Assembly: GCA_021735045.1 (NCBI GenBank)
Contig: JAIPHU010000003.1
Coordinates: 304-64,303, forward strand
From: Candidatus Omnitrophota bacterium
GTDB lineage: Bacteria; Omnitrophota; Gorgyraeia; Duberdicusellales; 4484-171
Length of the DNA stretch: 64,000 nt
Reading direction: 5' to 3'
Part shown: in pieces, positions 62,771 to 64,000 of the stretch
Position numbering within the stretch: the first letter of the stretch is position 1
Layout: each line of letters begins with the position of its first letter
The notes under the pieces: generated by a model
Seen by the model: the letters and a program-made list of their open reading frames with translations, nothing else
What the model was told of the DNA's origin: nothing
The model's database searches: none
Made by a program: the position numbers and the translations under genes

Positions 62771-63277
62771 ATGGACCAAGAGGCAACTTTAGTAATTATA
62801 AAACCAGATGGTTTAAAAAAGTCTTTAACCGGAAATATATTGACGCGGCTTTCGGAAGCAAAGCTAAAAATTATTGGGGCAAAAGTTGTAAAAGTTGGCA
62901 ATGACTTAGCTAATACCCATTATCGACACCTAAAAGATAAACCATTTTTTAAAGAACTAATTAAATATATCAGTGGCAAGCTGCACGGAGAAAACAGGGT
63001 TATGCCTTTGGTTTATTGGGGGCAGGCAGCAATTGGAAAAGTCCGCCGTATTGCTGGAGCTACAAATCCGGAGGAAGCCGATCCGATTTCAATAAGAGGG
63101 GCTTACGGAAGGATACTTACCACCGGCCTTTATGAAAATGTAGTTCATGCATCAAGCGATCCCGACGAAGCTGAACGCGAGATCAAGCTTTGGTTTAACC
63201 CGGAGGAGATAGTTTATGATCTGTATCCTGCTAAAGAAGAAAAAAGCAACAATCAAAACCGGAGAGTTTGGCAATGA
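62771..63277 (+). CDS. ndk: Nucleoside diphosphate kinase (with insertion)
   Basis: TLVIIKPDG, NxxHASD active-site His region. 168 aa. Confidence 0.8.
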   Translation: MDQEATLVIIKPDGLKKSLTGNILTRLSEAKLKIIGAKVVKVGNDLANTHYRHLKDKPFFKELIKYISGKLHGENRVMPLVYWGQAAIGKVRRIAGATNPEEADPISIRGAYGRILTTGLYENVVHASSDPDEAEREIKLWFNPEEIVYDLYPAKEEKSNNQNRRVWQ

Positions 63278-64000
63278 GGTCAATGACAGCTTATTCTGAA
63301 GCCCAAGAAAAAACGAAGAATACAAAAACAAAAATTATTCTAAGATCCCTAAATTATAAATATCTTGATATTTCTGTTTACAATCTTCCTCAGCAACTTT
63401 TGGTTCTAGAAGAAAAAATAAAAGAACAAATAAAAAGAAGTATAACCAGAGGAAAAGTCGAAGTTTATTTTTATCAAAGCAGTAAAAGCAAAGAAAGATT
63501 TTCTATAAATAAGGAAAAGTTCAGTAATTATGTAAAACAAATTAAATCTTTAGCTAAGCAATTTGACTTAGAAAAAAAGTTATCCCCGTTAGAGATATTA
63601 AACTTACCGGGCGTAGTTTCTGGTGGGAAAAAGGGAAATATTTCAAAGACGCAACTATCGTCGGCAGTTAAAAAATCTTTGAATAAATTGATTAGCTTTA
63701 AAAAAGAAAAAGGTAAAGTAATAGAAAAGGAAATAGCTAAAAATCTTTCTTTGCTTGAGAGCAATATTACTAAAATTGGGAAAACTAAAAGAAGGCCCTC
63801 AAAAGAAACAGATGGAAAAGAGGATATAGACGAAGAACTTTCTTTGATTGGATTTTATTCTCAAAAGGTAAAAAAGATAATAGCTAAGAAAAAGCAAATA
63901 CGTAAAGGTAAGGCAATTGATTTTTTGACCCAAGAAATTTTGCGGGAATTAAACGCAGCGTCTAGTAAAACTAGACAGAAAAAAATAGCAACTTTAATAG
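63274..64000 (+). CDS. yicC: YicC-family stress-induced protein, N-terminal part (runs off window)
   Basis: MRSMTAYSEAQ resembles YicC N-terminus MxxSMTGFG-like. ATGA overlap with the ndk stop. Confidence 0.5.
   Translation, partial: MRSMTAYSEAQEKTKNTKTKIILRSLNYKYLDISVYNLPQQLLVLEEKIKEQIKRSITRGKVEVYFYQSSKSKERFSINKEKFSNYVKQIKSLAKQFDLEKKLSPLEILNLPGVVSGGKKGNISKTQLSSAVKKSLNKLISFKKEKGKVIEKEIAKNLSLLESNITKIGKTKRRPSKETDGKEDIDEELSLIGFYSQKVKKIIAKKKQIRKGKAIDFLTQEILRELNAASSKTRQKKIATLI

Overview
This is a 64-kb, AT-rich bacterial chromosomal window (roughly one-third GC by eye, not computed) that spans the replication-origin neighbourhood. Genes at 1-58512 are almost all on the minus strand; from 58920 onward they are on the plus strand (rpmH, yidD, yidC, parA, parB, ndk, yicC). 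The strand switch lies at the dnaA-rpmH gap, so this is a candidate oriC. A second candidate origin element is a cluster of parS-like GTTTTCACGTGAAAAC palindromes plus an AT-rich tract between yidC and parA.

Minus-strand gene content, listed by descending coordinate (in transcription order):
- dnaA, dnaN, a DUF721-like ORF, gyrB, gyrA, tRNA-Glu, glmS, rsmI.
- pyrR-pyrB-pyrC, preceded by a PyrR-binding loop at the pyrR ribosome-binding site, then tRNA-Arg.
- A LOG-family / dCTP-deaminase-like / zinc-ribbon / YjbQ cluster.
- mutM, a pabB-pabC fusion, and pyrK-(TauE-like)-pyrD-pyrF.
- A V/A-type ATPase operon (E, unknown 170-aa ORF, A, B, D, I, K).
- tRNA-Val-thrS-infC-rpmI-rplT, two TrkA-like genes plus trkH, pheS-pheT, and a PAC2-family gene with a long structured leader.
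- tRNA-Leu.
- A type IV pilus assembly operon pilMNOPQ followed by exeA and a gspB-like gene.
- A thioredoxin-CcdA fusion, a radical SAM enzyme with a small NIL-domain protein, mnmA, nadA, a THUMP-less ThiI-like PP-loop ATPase, and the 5' end of metY.

Plus-strand islands:
- An 801-aa (alpha/alpha)6-barrel glycoside hydrolase/phosphorylase-like protein whose Shine-Dalgarno sequence sits in a hairpin.
- A FIST-like sensor / histidine kinase / REC-GGDEF (GGDDF) operon divergent from pilM.

I saw no CRISPR array, transposase, integrase or rRNA. The points most worth follow-up are:
- A conserved ~105-nt two-hairpin intergenic element present in two copies.
- ACGAAT/ATTCGT iteron-like palindromic elements in two places.
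- The origin/parS architecture.
- A GC-rich putative ncRNA next to tRNA-Arg, which carries a tandem 5' fragment of a tRNA.
- The NIL/radical-SAM/thioredoxin-CcdA cluster.

Coordinates I derived by hand (tRNAs, repeats, motifs) may be off by 1-2 nt. CDS coordinates follow the supplied ORF track unless stated.
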